Part shown: piece after piece, positions 52,746-64,000 of the stretch
Position numbering within the stretch: position 1 is the stretch's first letter
Layout of the letters: every line of letters begins with the position of its first letter
Origin: Chiloscyllium plagiosum
Taxonomy: Eukaryota
Assembly: GCF_004010195.1 (NCBI RefSeq)
Contig: NC_057750.1
Location: forward strand, 7,161,668 to 7,225,667
Length of the DNA stretch: 64,000 nt
Reading direction: 5' to 3'
The notes under the pieces: generated by a model
What the model was told of the DNA's origin: nothing
Database searches by the model: none
Seen by the model: the letters and a program-made list of their open reading frames with translations, nothing else
Made by a program: the position numbers and the translations under genes

Positions 52746-53961
52746 CATTCCACTCCATGGGTGTCCCTCCACCACGTGGGACTGCGGTGATACAAGTTGG
52801 CAGCTCAATGCTATCTTTTCAAGGGGAAATTAGGGATGAATGATACATATGGGCCAGCTGGCAATGCCCCACATCCCGTGAGAGATGAGGAAGAGTCCTT
52901 ACTGTCTTGCCCATGCATTAGTCGACAGGCACTTGGGAGGAAGGTAATGAAGGAAAGGTGAACTCTGTCAGTTTTGGTGGTGTTTGTGGTTTGATGAACA
53001 ATGATTCTCAGTGGTTTTGCTGAAGATATTGATCTGAGCTCAATTTCTTTCATTTGAATGGTACAAGGTCATATCACAGGAGGAGATCGCTCTGCCCATC
53101 ACCTCTAAGTCAGCTGTTTTGAATAACCTTCTCTCCACAGTTCCATATCTTCCCTCATCACCAAATGCGGTTAACTCTGAGCTTACTGACACCCGGTGAG
53201 GTTCAAGAACAGCCAGCTTTAGAGGCAGACGATGAGTTGAGGTACTGCACGGTTCTCTGGCATCGGGGGTACTGTGTACTGTCTACCTTCTTTGGGCAGA
53301 GCTGGATAGATGGGCTGAATGGCCTACCTCCATGTTTCCATGTTAGTTCTCTCAGGGAGAATGTAAAATAAACAGAGATCACTCAAGCAGGTTTACTCAA
53401 CTAATACCTGGAGTGAGCAAATTGTCTTATGAAAAAATGTTCGTAAGACATTTTTAAAATTCAGGTATGCGATGAAGGCCACTCTGGCTAGGCCCAACAT
53501 TTATTGCCCATCCCTAATTGCCCCAGAGGGCAGTTTAAGAGCCAACCCCATTGCTGTGGGTCTGGAGTCACATGTAGGCCAGACTAGGTAAGGATGGCAG
53601 ATTGCTTCCCTAAAGGACATTAGTGACCCACATGGGGGTTGTTCTGACAATCGACAATGGATTCATAATCATCACTGGACACTTACTTTCAGATTTTTAA
53701 AAAATTGAATTCAAATTTCACCATTGACCATGGCAGAATTTGAACCCAGCTGCCCAGAACATGTCTAGGGTCTCAGGATTAAAATCTCAACGATAATACC
53801 ACTCAGCCATTGCTTTACCAACATGGCAGCCTCTGGAATTTAGAAGGGTCATACAACCCCTACAGTGTGGAAGCAGGCCATTCAGCCCATCAAGTCCATG
53901 CCAACCCTACGAAGGGCATTCCACCCAAACCCACCAACTCCTTACCCTGTATTCCCCATGA

Positions 53962-54762
53962 CCCATCCACCCTGACCATAGCAACACGACGGTTGGAGGA
54001 AGAGCGCCTCATCTTCCGCCTAGGAACCCTCCAACCACAAGGGATGAACTCAGATTTCTTCAATTTCCTCATTTCCCCTCCCCCCACCTTGTCTCAGTCA
54101 AATCCCTCANNNNNNNNNNNNNNNNNNNNNNNNNNNNNNNNNNNNNNNNNNNNNNNNNNNNNNNNNNNNNNNNNNNNNNNNNNNNNNNNNNNNNNNNNNN
54201 NNNNNNNNNNNNNNNNNNNNNNNNNNNNNNNNNNNNNNNNNNNNNNNNNNNNNNNNNNNNNNNNNNNNNNNNNNNNNNNNNNNNNNNNNNNNNNNNNNNN
54301 NNNNNNNNNNNNNNNNNNNNNNNNNNNNNNNNNNNNNNNNNNNNNNNNNNNNNNNNNNNNNNNNNNNNNNNNNNNNNNNNNNNNNNNNNNNNNNNNNNNN
54401 NNNNNNNNNNNNNNNNNNNNNNNNNNNNNNNNNNNNNNNNNNNNNNNNNNNNNNNNNNNNNNNNNNNNNNNNNNNNNNNNNNNNNNNNNNNNNNNNNNNN
54501 NNNNNNNNNNNNNNNNNNNNNNNNNNNNNNNNNNNNNNNNNNNNNNNNNNNNCCACCTATCGCATTTCCAACACCCCTCCCCCAAGTCCCTCCTCCCTAC
54601 CTTTTATCTTAGCCTGCTGGATACAGTTTCCTCATTCCTGAAGAAGGGCTTATGCCCGAAACGTCGATTCTCCTGTTCCTTGGATGCTGCCTGACCTACT
54701 GCGCTTTTCCAGCAACACATTTTCAGCTCTGATCTCCAGCATCTGCAGTCCTCACTTTCTCC
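53962..54762 (+). mobile_element. Penelope-like element 3' end (endonuclease C-terminus and terminal repeat; spans a gap), inserted in an HE1 SINE
   Basis: ATRRLEEERLIFRLGTLQPQGMNSDF is typical of the end of the PLE GIY-YIG domain; hammerhead core ctgaaga-agggcttatgccc-gaaacgtc at 54638. Confidence 0.85.
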
Positions 54763-55204
54763 TGCACATCTTTTGGACTGTGGGAGGAAACTGGAGCACC
54801 TGGAGGAAACCCACACAGACACAGGGAGAATGTGCAAACTCCACACAGACAGACACCCGAGGCTGGGATCGAACCTGGGCCCCTAGCGCTGTGAGGTAGC
54901 AGTGCTGACCACTGAACCGTCCTCAGAGTAGGGGTCCTCCACTAATATCTTCGATGAGCAGATTCGTTTTGTATCCTCTGGAATTTGGAAGAGGTGGAAG
55001 TGACTGAATTGAAACATCAAGGATCCTGTGGGGGACTTGACCGGGTGAATGTGGGAAGGATGGTTCCTCTTGTGAGAGAACGTAGAACTGACGCATTTAA
55101 AAGACAGAAGAGGTGAATATTTCTCGCACAGAATCACTAGACCCTGGAGATTTCTTCCTGAAAAGGTGGTGAAAAATGAATATTTTTTAAGGCGGATATA
55201 TTTT

Positions 55205-55500
55205 TTTTAGATTACTTACAGGGGGGAGACAGGCCCTTCGGCCCAACCAGTCTGCCAAAGCACACCTACCCAAACCCATTCCCCTACATTTACCCCTTCA
55301 CCTAACACTACGGGCAATTTAGCGTGGCCAATTCACCTAACCTGCACATTTTTGGATTGGGAGGAAACTGGAGCAAACCCACGCAGACACGGGGAGAATG
55401 TGCAAACTCCACACAGTCAGACACCTGAGGTGAGAATTGAACCCAGGTCTCTGGCGCTGTGAGGCAGCAGTGCTAACCACTGTGCCACCGTGCTGCCCAC
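55205..55500 (-). mobile_element. HE1-like V-SINE
   Basis: Reverse complement of the HE1-like consensus. Confidence 0.85.
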
Positions 55501-56029
55501 TACATATTCTTGTTAAGCAAGTAGGGTATCCAGGAATAAAGACATTTCTTAAACTCACTTGCAGAATGAGGGCATCTTTGGCTAGGCCAGAATGTATTGC
55601 CCAGGCAGAGGGTAGTTTAAAAGTCGACCCCATTGCTGTGGGTCTGGAGTCACATGTAGGCCAGACTGGGTAAGGGTGGCAGATTTCCCTCCCTAAAGGA
55701 CATTAGGGAACCAGGTGGGATTTCTGACAATGGAGTCACGGCTATCCTTAGACTTGTAGTTCCAGATTTTGTTTTCAAATTTGAATTCAAATTCCACCAT
55801 CTGCCCTGGCAGGATTCAAACCTGGAAGGTTCCCTGGGTCTCTGGATAAATAGTCCAGGCCATCGCCTCACTTTGTGATTTGAGATTACAGTTAGATCTG
55901 CTGAGATTTTATTGGATGGTGAAACAGACTGGAGGGGCTGAATGGCCTACTCCAACTCCTAGGTTTTCTCAGAGCTTGCCACTTCCCCACGCAGTGTCCG
56001 ATGGAATCACCTCCAGGCCAGAATGTCCA

Positions 56030-56480
56030 TGCTGAGGCCAGGCCGGGCTGGGAGATTGCCAGGCAGGGCTGGGAGACAACCACACCAGGCTGAGGGACCA
56101 CCACACCAGGCTGAGGGACTACCACACAGGGCTAGGAGACCACCAGACCAGGCCAAGAGACCACCACACCAGGCTGAGACCACCACATTGGGCTTGGAGA
56201 CCACCATACCAGGCCGAGACCACCACACCAGGCCGAGAGACCACCACACCAGGCCAAGAGACCACCACACCAAGCTGGGAAACCACCACATCAGCTGGAA
56301 GACCACCATACAGGGCTTGGAGACCACCACCGTGAGCTGGGAGACCATTACACCAGGGTGAGAGACCGCCACATCAGGCTGGAAGACCACCAGATCAGGT
56401 TGGGAGACCACCCAGAATGAGCCAGGAGACCACCACACCGCGGGCTGAGAGGACACCATGCTGGGCCAAGAGACGCCCAT
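56030..56480. repeat. Degenerate 20-22-bp minisatellite
   Basis: gagaccaccacaccaggctg-like units, about 20 copies. Confidence 0.85.
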
Positions 56481-56819
56481 GCCGATCAGTTGTCACAATG
56501 AGAGCATGCTAATGGCATTAACACCCGCTGGGATTTCTGAATTGGTGATCTTGCCCTGCTAAGAGATATTGAGCAAATATCTGAGGAAATATTCCCTAGA
56601 AGTTCAAAGAACCAACAGAAACCTTCCAGGGCAGATGTGAAGATGTTGTTACCTGTGGCTGATACAGCTAAAACCAGGGGACTTCATCTCAGGACAGGGA
56701 TTGGTCATTTAAGATCACAGCCAAGAAGAATTTGTTCACTCAGAGGGTGGTGGGTCTTTGGAATTGTCTACCCGAGAGGGCTCAGATATTGGTCAGGTTC
56801 AAGTCAGAGATTGACAATT

Positions 56820-58390
56820 TGATAAATCAAACAAGGCTGAATTATACAATTAAAACTAGGGCCTTGGGTAATGATGTGGAACAGAGGGATCTAGGGGTTG
56901 AGGTATTTAATTCTTTGAAGTTTGCATCACAGGTAGACAGGGTGGTTAAGAAGACCTTTAGCACGCTTGCCTTCATTGCTCAGATCTTTGAGTATAGGGG
57001 TTGGGACGTTAGGTTGAGGTTGTACAGGATGTTGGTGAGACCTCTTCTGGAGTACAGTATCCAGTAGGAAGGATGTTATTAAGCTGTAGAGGGTTCAGAA
57101 GAGATTTCCAGGATGTTGCTGGGAATGGAGGTTTTCCATTATAAAGAGAGGCTGTAAAAGGCGGGCCCTGTATAGACTGCTGCTGCACACCGTCCACCTC
57201 TTCTCCCTCATCTACCGTCCGGACACGCCTTGGCGTGCCCATTTGCCACCGGGCGGTGGGGATCCCCAGTGGAGGACTCTCTACGCGGGAGTCCTCCCCC
57301 TTTCTCTCAGGGATCTGGGGTGGAGGGTGCTGCATACGGCAGTCCCCTGCAACTGCAGATTGCGGTGGTTCACGGACCCCCAGCCCAACTGCTTGTTCTG
57401 TGGCTCTGTGGAGTCCGTGGACCACGTATATATTGGGTGTGGGCGTTTGCACTCCCTTTTTGATTTTCTTAAAAACCTCCTCCTCTGCCTTTGGTTGCAC
57501 TTCAGCCCCACGCTCCTGATCTTTGGGCACCCGGTACGGAGGAGCGAGGGCAGGTCTAAAGACCTCCTCGTGGGTCTGCTCCTGGGCCTGGCCAAACTGG
57601 CCATTAACAGGTCCAGGCAGCGGGCCGTGGAGGGGATCGTTAGGGCCGACTGCCTGCCCCTCCTCCGCGGTTACATTAGGGCCCGGGTGTCCTTGGAGAA
57701 GGAGCACGCGGTGTCGACCAACACCCTGGAGTTGTTCAGGGAGAGGTGGGCGCCGCAGGGAGTGGAGTGCATTATTTCCCCCTCCAACTCTATTTTGATT
57801 TAACCCCTGCCCTCCCCTTCATTTTTTGATCACAGCATTGCCCTTTGATGTGAAGGGCACTGCTTGTCAGTGGCCACTCGTGTGTTTTCCTATCTTCCTG
57901 GTGGTGGAAATTGAATAAAGATTAAAAAAAAAGAGAAAAAAAGTAAATACAGGCTGTATAGGCCGGGGCATTTTCACTGGAGCGTGGGAGGTTGAGGGGG
58001 TGACCTAATAGAGGTTTATAAAATCATGAGGGGCATGGATAAGGTGAATGGCAGGTATCGTTTCCCCAGGGTGGGGGATTTCAAGACTGGGGCATACTTT
58101 TAAGGTGAGAGGAGAGAGATTTAAAAGAGACATGGTTGGGGGGGGGGGGGGGGGGGGTCAGTTGTTTTTATGCAGAGAGTGATCTGTGTGTGGAATGAGC
58201 TGCCAGAGGAAGTGGTGGATGTGGGTAGTGTTAAAACATTTAAAAGACATTTGGATAAGTATGTAAGTAGGAAAGGTCTGGAGGGATTTGGGCCAAGTGC
58301 AGGCAGGTGGGACTGGTGTAGCTTGGGATTATGGGTTTGCATGGACTGGTTGGACTGAAGGGTCTGTTTCCGTGCTGTATGACTCTCTGA
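56820..58390 (+). mobile_element. CR1 LINE fragment interrupted by Tx1
   Basis: QRDLGV..SLKFASQVDRVVKK..RPLLEYSIQ before the insertion; CR1 3' end after it. Confidence 0.88.
57157..57945 (+). mobile_element. 5'-truncated L1/Tx1-clade LINE: ORF2 C-terminal zinc knuckle, 3' UTR and poly(A)
   Basis: DLGWRVLH..VPCN.RL....PNCLFCGSVESVDHVYIGC (zf-RVT, CCHC); stop at 57803; AATAAA then A-rich tail; flanking aggctgta duplication (57149-57156, 57951-57958). Confidence 0.88.
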
Positions 58391-59109
58391 CTCAATTCCA
58401 TAACAGGTTTGTGAAGATTGATACCATCAAGGAGATAGTGCAGGAAAATGGCATTGAGATAGACCACCAGACATGGTCGAATTCAATGGGCAGGGGAGGT
58501 TCGATGGGCTGAATGGCCTACCTTAGTTCCTATGTTTGCTAAACAAAGGTACATCTGTTTTGTTTAAAGGGGTGTATTGGTCTCTGCCTCAGCCACTGAT
58601 TGTAGCAAAGCATTCCAGCATGGGCACGATGGGCCAAGTGGGGCATTTCTGTGTTGCATACCTCTGCTCTCCAACAAGCCAATGTGTGGGGAAATTTCTC
58701 CTCTTCCCTCCCATCCGTCGCCAATTTTAAATTAACCTCCCATCGCTGTCCGCTCAAATGTGTCATTATTCTGTACTCAAGTGGCAACTCAAGACGGGCA
58801 ATAAATGTCAGTCCAGCCAGTCATGCCCACGTCCCACTGGTGAATTAAAAAAGAAATTTAAGTTCACGCCAACGTGACCCTTCAATTAGTTTCTTTCAGT
58901 CTTCTCGCTAAGTTCAAAATGACCCTAGGATCTTGATCCTATCCCTCTTCAGCCACAGTTGTGAATTCCTGGCTCAGTCTATGTGATATCCTCACTGTGG
59001 GTGACACAGTCCGCTCTATAATGTGGTGTCCATATTGTGCAAAATGTTCAGAATCTACTGGCACCCAGTTGGCAGGTTGGGTGAGGGTGGGAGTTTTATC
59101 ATATCGGGC

Positions 59110-59565
59110 CATTGAGTCATACAGCACGGAAACAGACCCTTCGGTCCAACTCGTCCAAGCTGACCCGATATCCTAAACTAATCTAGTCCCATTTGCCAGC
59201 ACCTGGCCCATATCCCTCCAAACCCTTCCTATTCATATACCCATCCAAATGCCTCCACCACTTCCTCTGGCAGCTCATTCAATACACGCACCACCCTCTG
59301 GGTGAAAGGTTACCCCTTCAGTCCCTTCTAAATATTTCCCCTCTCACCTTAAACCTACACCCTCTAGTTTTGGACTCCCCCACCCCAGGGAAAAGACTTT
59401 GTCTAGTTACCTTATCCATGCCCCTCATGATTTTATAAACCTCTATTAGGTCACCCCTCAGCCTCCGACGCTCCAGGAAAAACAGCCCCAGCCTGTTCAG
59501 CCTCTCCCTGTAACTCAAACCCTCCAGCCACAGCAACATCCTCGTAAATCCTTTCTGAACCCTTT
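59110..59565 (-). mobile_element. CR1 3' fragment
   Basis: LEGLSYRERLNRLGLF.LERRRLRGDLIEVYKIMRG. Confidence 0.9.
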
Positions 59566-60044
59566 AATAATATCTTTGCTATAACAATCCATATGGTGTG
59601 GGCACACCCACTCACAGCTGGTAAATGGGATTGGTGCTGGTGGTTATATCACTGGACTATAATCCTGAGCTCAAACCTGATCAGATGATTACTTCAATAA
59701 AAGCAACATGCAAGGGGATGGAGAAAAAGGAAGAGAATATCAATCAGCCTAAAAGTCATTCAGAGAGTTAGTACTTAGATGATGGGCTGAATGGCCTAAT
59801 ATTCTGTGACCCTGGATTTAAATCCCATCATGGTGGAGGGCAACCTTAGAATTCAACAGAACTCTGGAGTGAGGAGTTAACTTACTGGTGACCATGTAGA
59901 TGAAGGGTTAAGCCCAAAACGCCAACTCTCTTGCTCCTCAGGTGTCGCTCCACACCTTATCGACCATGTAATCCCTAGCAACTGTTGTTTAAAAGCATCT
60001 TGGGAGGTGATGGCCTAGTGGCATTGTTGCTGGACTGTTAATCC

Positions 60045-61078
60045 AATTCAGGTCTGGCAGCCTCCCAGTCCACTCTGACTCCATTTCTTCCCGGCCTCAG
60101 AGCTGACCCGGCAAGGCTCCCACAGCGGTATCTCGGCCCAGTCTCTCTCTCTCTCAGCAGCTTGTGGTGGTGTCTTGGTCTGGTCTCTCGGTGACTCTTG
60201 GCAGGTGCTAGCCTGGTCTAATGGCAGGTCTTGGCCCAGTCTCTCAGCAGCTGTGATGGTGTCTCGGCCCAGTGTCTCTGCGGATCTCGGACTGGTCTCC
60301 CAGTGGTTTGTGATAATATTTCAGCCTGGTCTCTCGCTGGCTCTTGGCAGGTCTTGGCCTGATCTCTCGGCAGCTTGTTGTAGTATCTCGGTCCGATCTC
60401 TTGGCTGCTTGCGATGGTGTCTCGGCCTGGTCTCCTAGTGGCTCTTGACCAGTGGTTTGTATTAGCGTTTCAGCCTGGTCTCTCGATGGTTCTTGGCTGT
60501 TCTCAGCCTCGTTTCTCAGCAGCTTCTTGTCGTAGTATCTCGGCCTGGTCTCTTGCGGTTGTATCTCGGCAGCTCTTGGCGTGTCGCGGCCTGGTCTCTC
60601 AGCGGCTTGTAGCGATTCCTCGGCTCGGCATATGAGTGGGTCCTGCCTGGGCATGTTCCTGAGGCACCGGGACAGACGGCAGCTTCAGCAGCAACAATGG
60701 CACGGAGGCCCAACATGGGAAGGGCGAGCGGTGGGGGAGCTCCCCTGGTATCTGTGGGAGGTGGCATCAAGAACAGGCAGCTGAGATCTCCCAGAGCGCG
60801 AGCTAAGTGGAGGACTCATCAAAGACTGTTGAACTTTTAACTTTATTTCTTAATGTTTCCAGTTTAAATTGAGAAAAACTTCTGTGTTAACTATTATCTT
60901 ATTTCTTTATTTGTCAACTTAGTTTATGAAGGTAATGATTAACCTTTTAACTCTGTTTCTCTTACTGGACTAAACATACATTTTTTGATCCTTTGTACCT
61001 AAGATGGTGCCATGTGTGGTGACATTAGACACTTTTCACTTACTTCTGTACTTGAGGCAATAAAATCTAAATCTAAAT
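60045..61078 (+). mobile_element. Non-autonomous element with internal degenerate tandem repeats and a (tctaaa)n tail, inserted in a Deu-like SINE
   Basis: The SINE head at 60002-60044 resumes at about 61079; gtctcggcctggtctctc-like repeats at 60125-60620; tail similar to 19390-19480. Confidence 0.6.
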
Positions 61079-62759
61079 CAGACAATGTTCTGGGGAACCA
61101 GGTTAGGATCCCACCAGGACAGATGGTGAAGTTTGAATTCAATAGAAATCTGGAATTAAGAATCTAATGATGATCATGAATCCATTGTCAATTGTTGGAA
61201 AAAATCCACCAGGGTTCACTAATGTCCTTTAGAGAAATAAATCTGCCATCCTTACCTGGTCTGGCCTACATGTGACTCCAGACCCACAGCAATTAAACTG
61301 CCCTCTGGGTAATAAACGTTGGCCCAGTCACCGACACCCACATCCCAGGTATAATTTTTAAAAAAATCTTTGTAGACTGTCACGAGGACGATGGGCAGAG
61401 TGGCCTCCTCCTTCCATGCTGTCTCTGGAAATGGGCGATAGGGTAGAGCGTGAGAAGATGTCTCCACTTGTGGAAGTTAGACAAGGTCTTTTCCCTGGGG
61501 TGGGGGAGTCCAGAACTAGAGGGCTTAGGTTTAGGGTGAGAGGGGAAAAGATATAAAAAGGACCTAAAGGGCAACTTTTTCGTGCAGAGGGTGGTACATG
61601 TATGGAATGGGCTGCCAGAGGAAGTGGTGGAGGCTGGTTATTGGTGATATTGTTGCACCCACGAAATCTCTTTTCAAACACCATGTGTGGAGCATAAACA
61701 CCAGCATAGGGAAGTTGGGCCGAATGGCCTGTTTCAGCACCAGCCAGCAATGAAGCACTGAACCTCTGACCCTCCCCGACTGTGGATGGTAGGAGTTGAC
61801 CCTGAACCATTTCTCTTTTCTCTTTCATGCCCTTTTTAAGCTTTTCTTCGAACTACATAACCTTTGGTCTCCCACCCGTTTCACCTCCTCATTTCCGACT
61901 GTTCGGAATGTTATTTCTCCCCCTCAGAGTATCTCCTCCAGCTCTTCAAGTCACACAGTGGGGTGTTTGAAAAGAGATTTCGTGGGTGTAACATTTTCAC
62001 CAATAACCAGCCTGAAATAGTAGAATTGTACAGCACTGAAATAGGCCATTCAGCCCATCTCTCCGGTAGAGTTTTTTAAACGTACTAGTTCACAGGTAGA
62101 GGGCATTGCTGGCTGGGCCAGCGTTTATTGTCCGTCCCTAACTGTCCCTTCAGAAGGTGGTGTTGAGCTGCCTTCTTGAGCTGTTGAGGTCCATGTGCTG
62201 TCGGAATACTCACAATGCTCTTAGGGAGGGAATTCCAGCATTTTGACCCAGCGACACTGAAGGGACAGTGATGTATTTCCAAATCAGGATAGTGAGTGAC
62301 TCGGAGGGGAACTTGCAGGGGGTGGTGTTCCCATGTGTCCTTCTATACGGAAGTGGTTGTGCGTGTGTAAGGTGCTGTCTGAGGATCTTTGGTGAATTCT
62401 GCAGCGCACCTTGTAGATGGTACACACTGCTGCTACTGAGCATCGAGGGTGGAGCGCGTGGATGCTTGTGAATGTGGTGTCACTCAAGCAGAATAAGAGG
62501 AGACGTGGTTAACTCTCAACTGCTCTGCAATTCAGTAAGATCTACTTGTGTTTCAAATTCCATATTCCTACTTTCCCACCAATAACCATCGATTCTTGTA
62601 AGGCAAGGGCATCTATTGACATCGGACTTAAAACTATTCAGTGGCCCTACTTCATCACTGTCTGAGGCAGAGTGTTCTCTGAAACGCAGTCATTCTCCTC
62701 TACATGGCGGAAGGATGTAGTAATGTGCGATCACATGGCATTCAGGCAGAGCTTGCCAA

Positions 62760-63930
62760 TTGGATAAAAAAATTGGCTTGACGTTAGAGCCAGAGGGTGG
62801 TGGTGGAGGGTTGTTTTTCAGGCTGGAGGCCTCTGACCAGAGGTGCTCTGCAGGGATTGGTGCTGGGTCCACTGTTGCTTGTCGTTTATATAAACGCTGA
62901 AAATGTGTTGCTGGAAAAGCGCAGCAGGTCAGGCAGCATCCGAGGAACCGGAGAATCGACGTTTCGGGCATAAGCCCTTCTTCAGGCTTATGCCCGAAAC
63001 GTCGATTCTCCTGCTCCTCGGATGCTGCCTGACCTGCTGCGCTTTTCCAGCAACACATTTTCAGCTCTGATCTCCAGCATCTGCAGCCCTCACTTTCTCC
63101 CTGTTTATATAAACGGTTTGGATGAGAATTCAGAAGGCATGGTTAGTAACTTTGTAGATGGCACCAAAATTGGTGGTATAGTGGACAGCGAAGAACGTTA
63201 TCTAAGATTTCAAATGGATCTTGATCAATTGGGCCAAGTGGGCTGAGGAGTTTTACTTGGATAATACAAAATATTGAATTTTGGTAAAACGAACAAGGGC
63301 AGGACCTACACAGTTAATGGGAGGGCCTTGGATAGTGTTGTAGAACAGAGAGACCTGGGGGCTCAAGTACATATTTTTTTAAAAGTTGCGTCATATATAG
63401 ATAGTGTGTTTAAGAAGGCATTTAGCATGCTTGCCTTCATTGCTCAGACCATTGGGACGTCATGTTGTGGTCGTACAGTATGTTGGTGAGGCCATTTTTG
63501 GAGTACTGTGTACAGTTCTGGTCACCCTGCTACAGGAAAGATATTATTAAATTGGTGAGGGCTCAGAGAGGATTTATCATGATGTTGCCGGGATTGGAAG
63601 ATTTGGGTTATAAGGAAAGGCTACATAGGCTGGGACTTTTTTCAGGGTAGGAGAGTTTAAAACTGGAGGGTGTAATTTTAAGGTTGGAGGGGAAAGATTT
63701 AAAAGGGGCCCTGGGGGCAACGTTTTCACACAGAGGGTGGGTCGTGTGTGGAATGAACGGCCAAAGGAAGTGGTGGATACAAGCACAGTTACAACATTTA
63801 AAAGACATTTGGGTAGGAAAGGTTTAGATTGACCTGTGCACAGATAGGCAGGACTAGTTTAGCTTGGGAAACTTGGTGGTCATGCAGAGTTGGACCAAAG
63901 GGTCTGTTTCCATGCTGTATGACTCTCTAA
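62760..63930 (+). mobile_element. CR1 LINE fragment with a nested PLE palindrome (62897-63102)
   Basis: CR1 RT and 3' motifs; TSD gtttatataaacg at 62884-62896 and 63103-63115. Confidence 0.88.
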
Positions 63931-64000
63931 ACTGGCTGCTTTATCCTGAGTGGTTTTGAGCTTCCAGGGCAAGTGGGGAGTAACCCATCCCACTCCCGCC

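Noticed and set aside
57009..57707. 232-aa minus-strand ORF
   Set aside because: Antisense shadow of the GC-rich Tx1 ORF2 fragment.

Overview
Vertebrate genomic DNA, almost certainly elasmobranch (shark): it is dense with HE1-like V-SINEs and HER1/CR1 LINEs. There are two N-gaps (26993-27533, 54110-54552). Three host genes are supported. (1) Coding exons 2-6 of polr2i (RPB9) on +, including a GC-AG intron. (2) A complete 4-exon OVO-like SNAG/C2H2 zinc-finger gene on - (237 aa), convergent with polr2i and OVOL3-like by residues and synteny. (3) A 352-aa adenosine-receptor-like GPCR on + with an uninterrupted CDS and His in place of the key ligand residue Asn6.55. Most remaining sequence is transposon-derived: CR1, L2/CR1-like, Rex/Babar, Tx1, Penelope-like elements (PLEs), two SINE families and Tc1/mariner MITEs, plus two 69-bp minisatellites. 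The most striking non-gene structure is (a) three families of short, often palindromic PLE-type insertions with 10-16-bp TSDs carrying minimal hammerhead ribozyme cores, and (b) a ~1.2-kb stack of poly(A)-tailed Tx1 3'-end insertions at one repeatedly duplicated 15-bp site. Repeat family names come from recall of consensus motifs, not a database search, and repeat boundaries are approximate.
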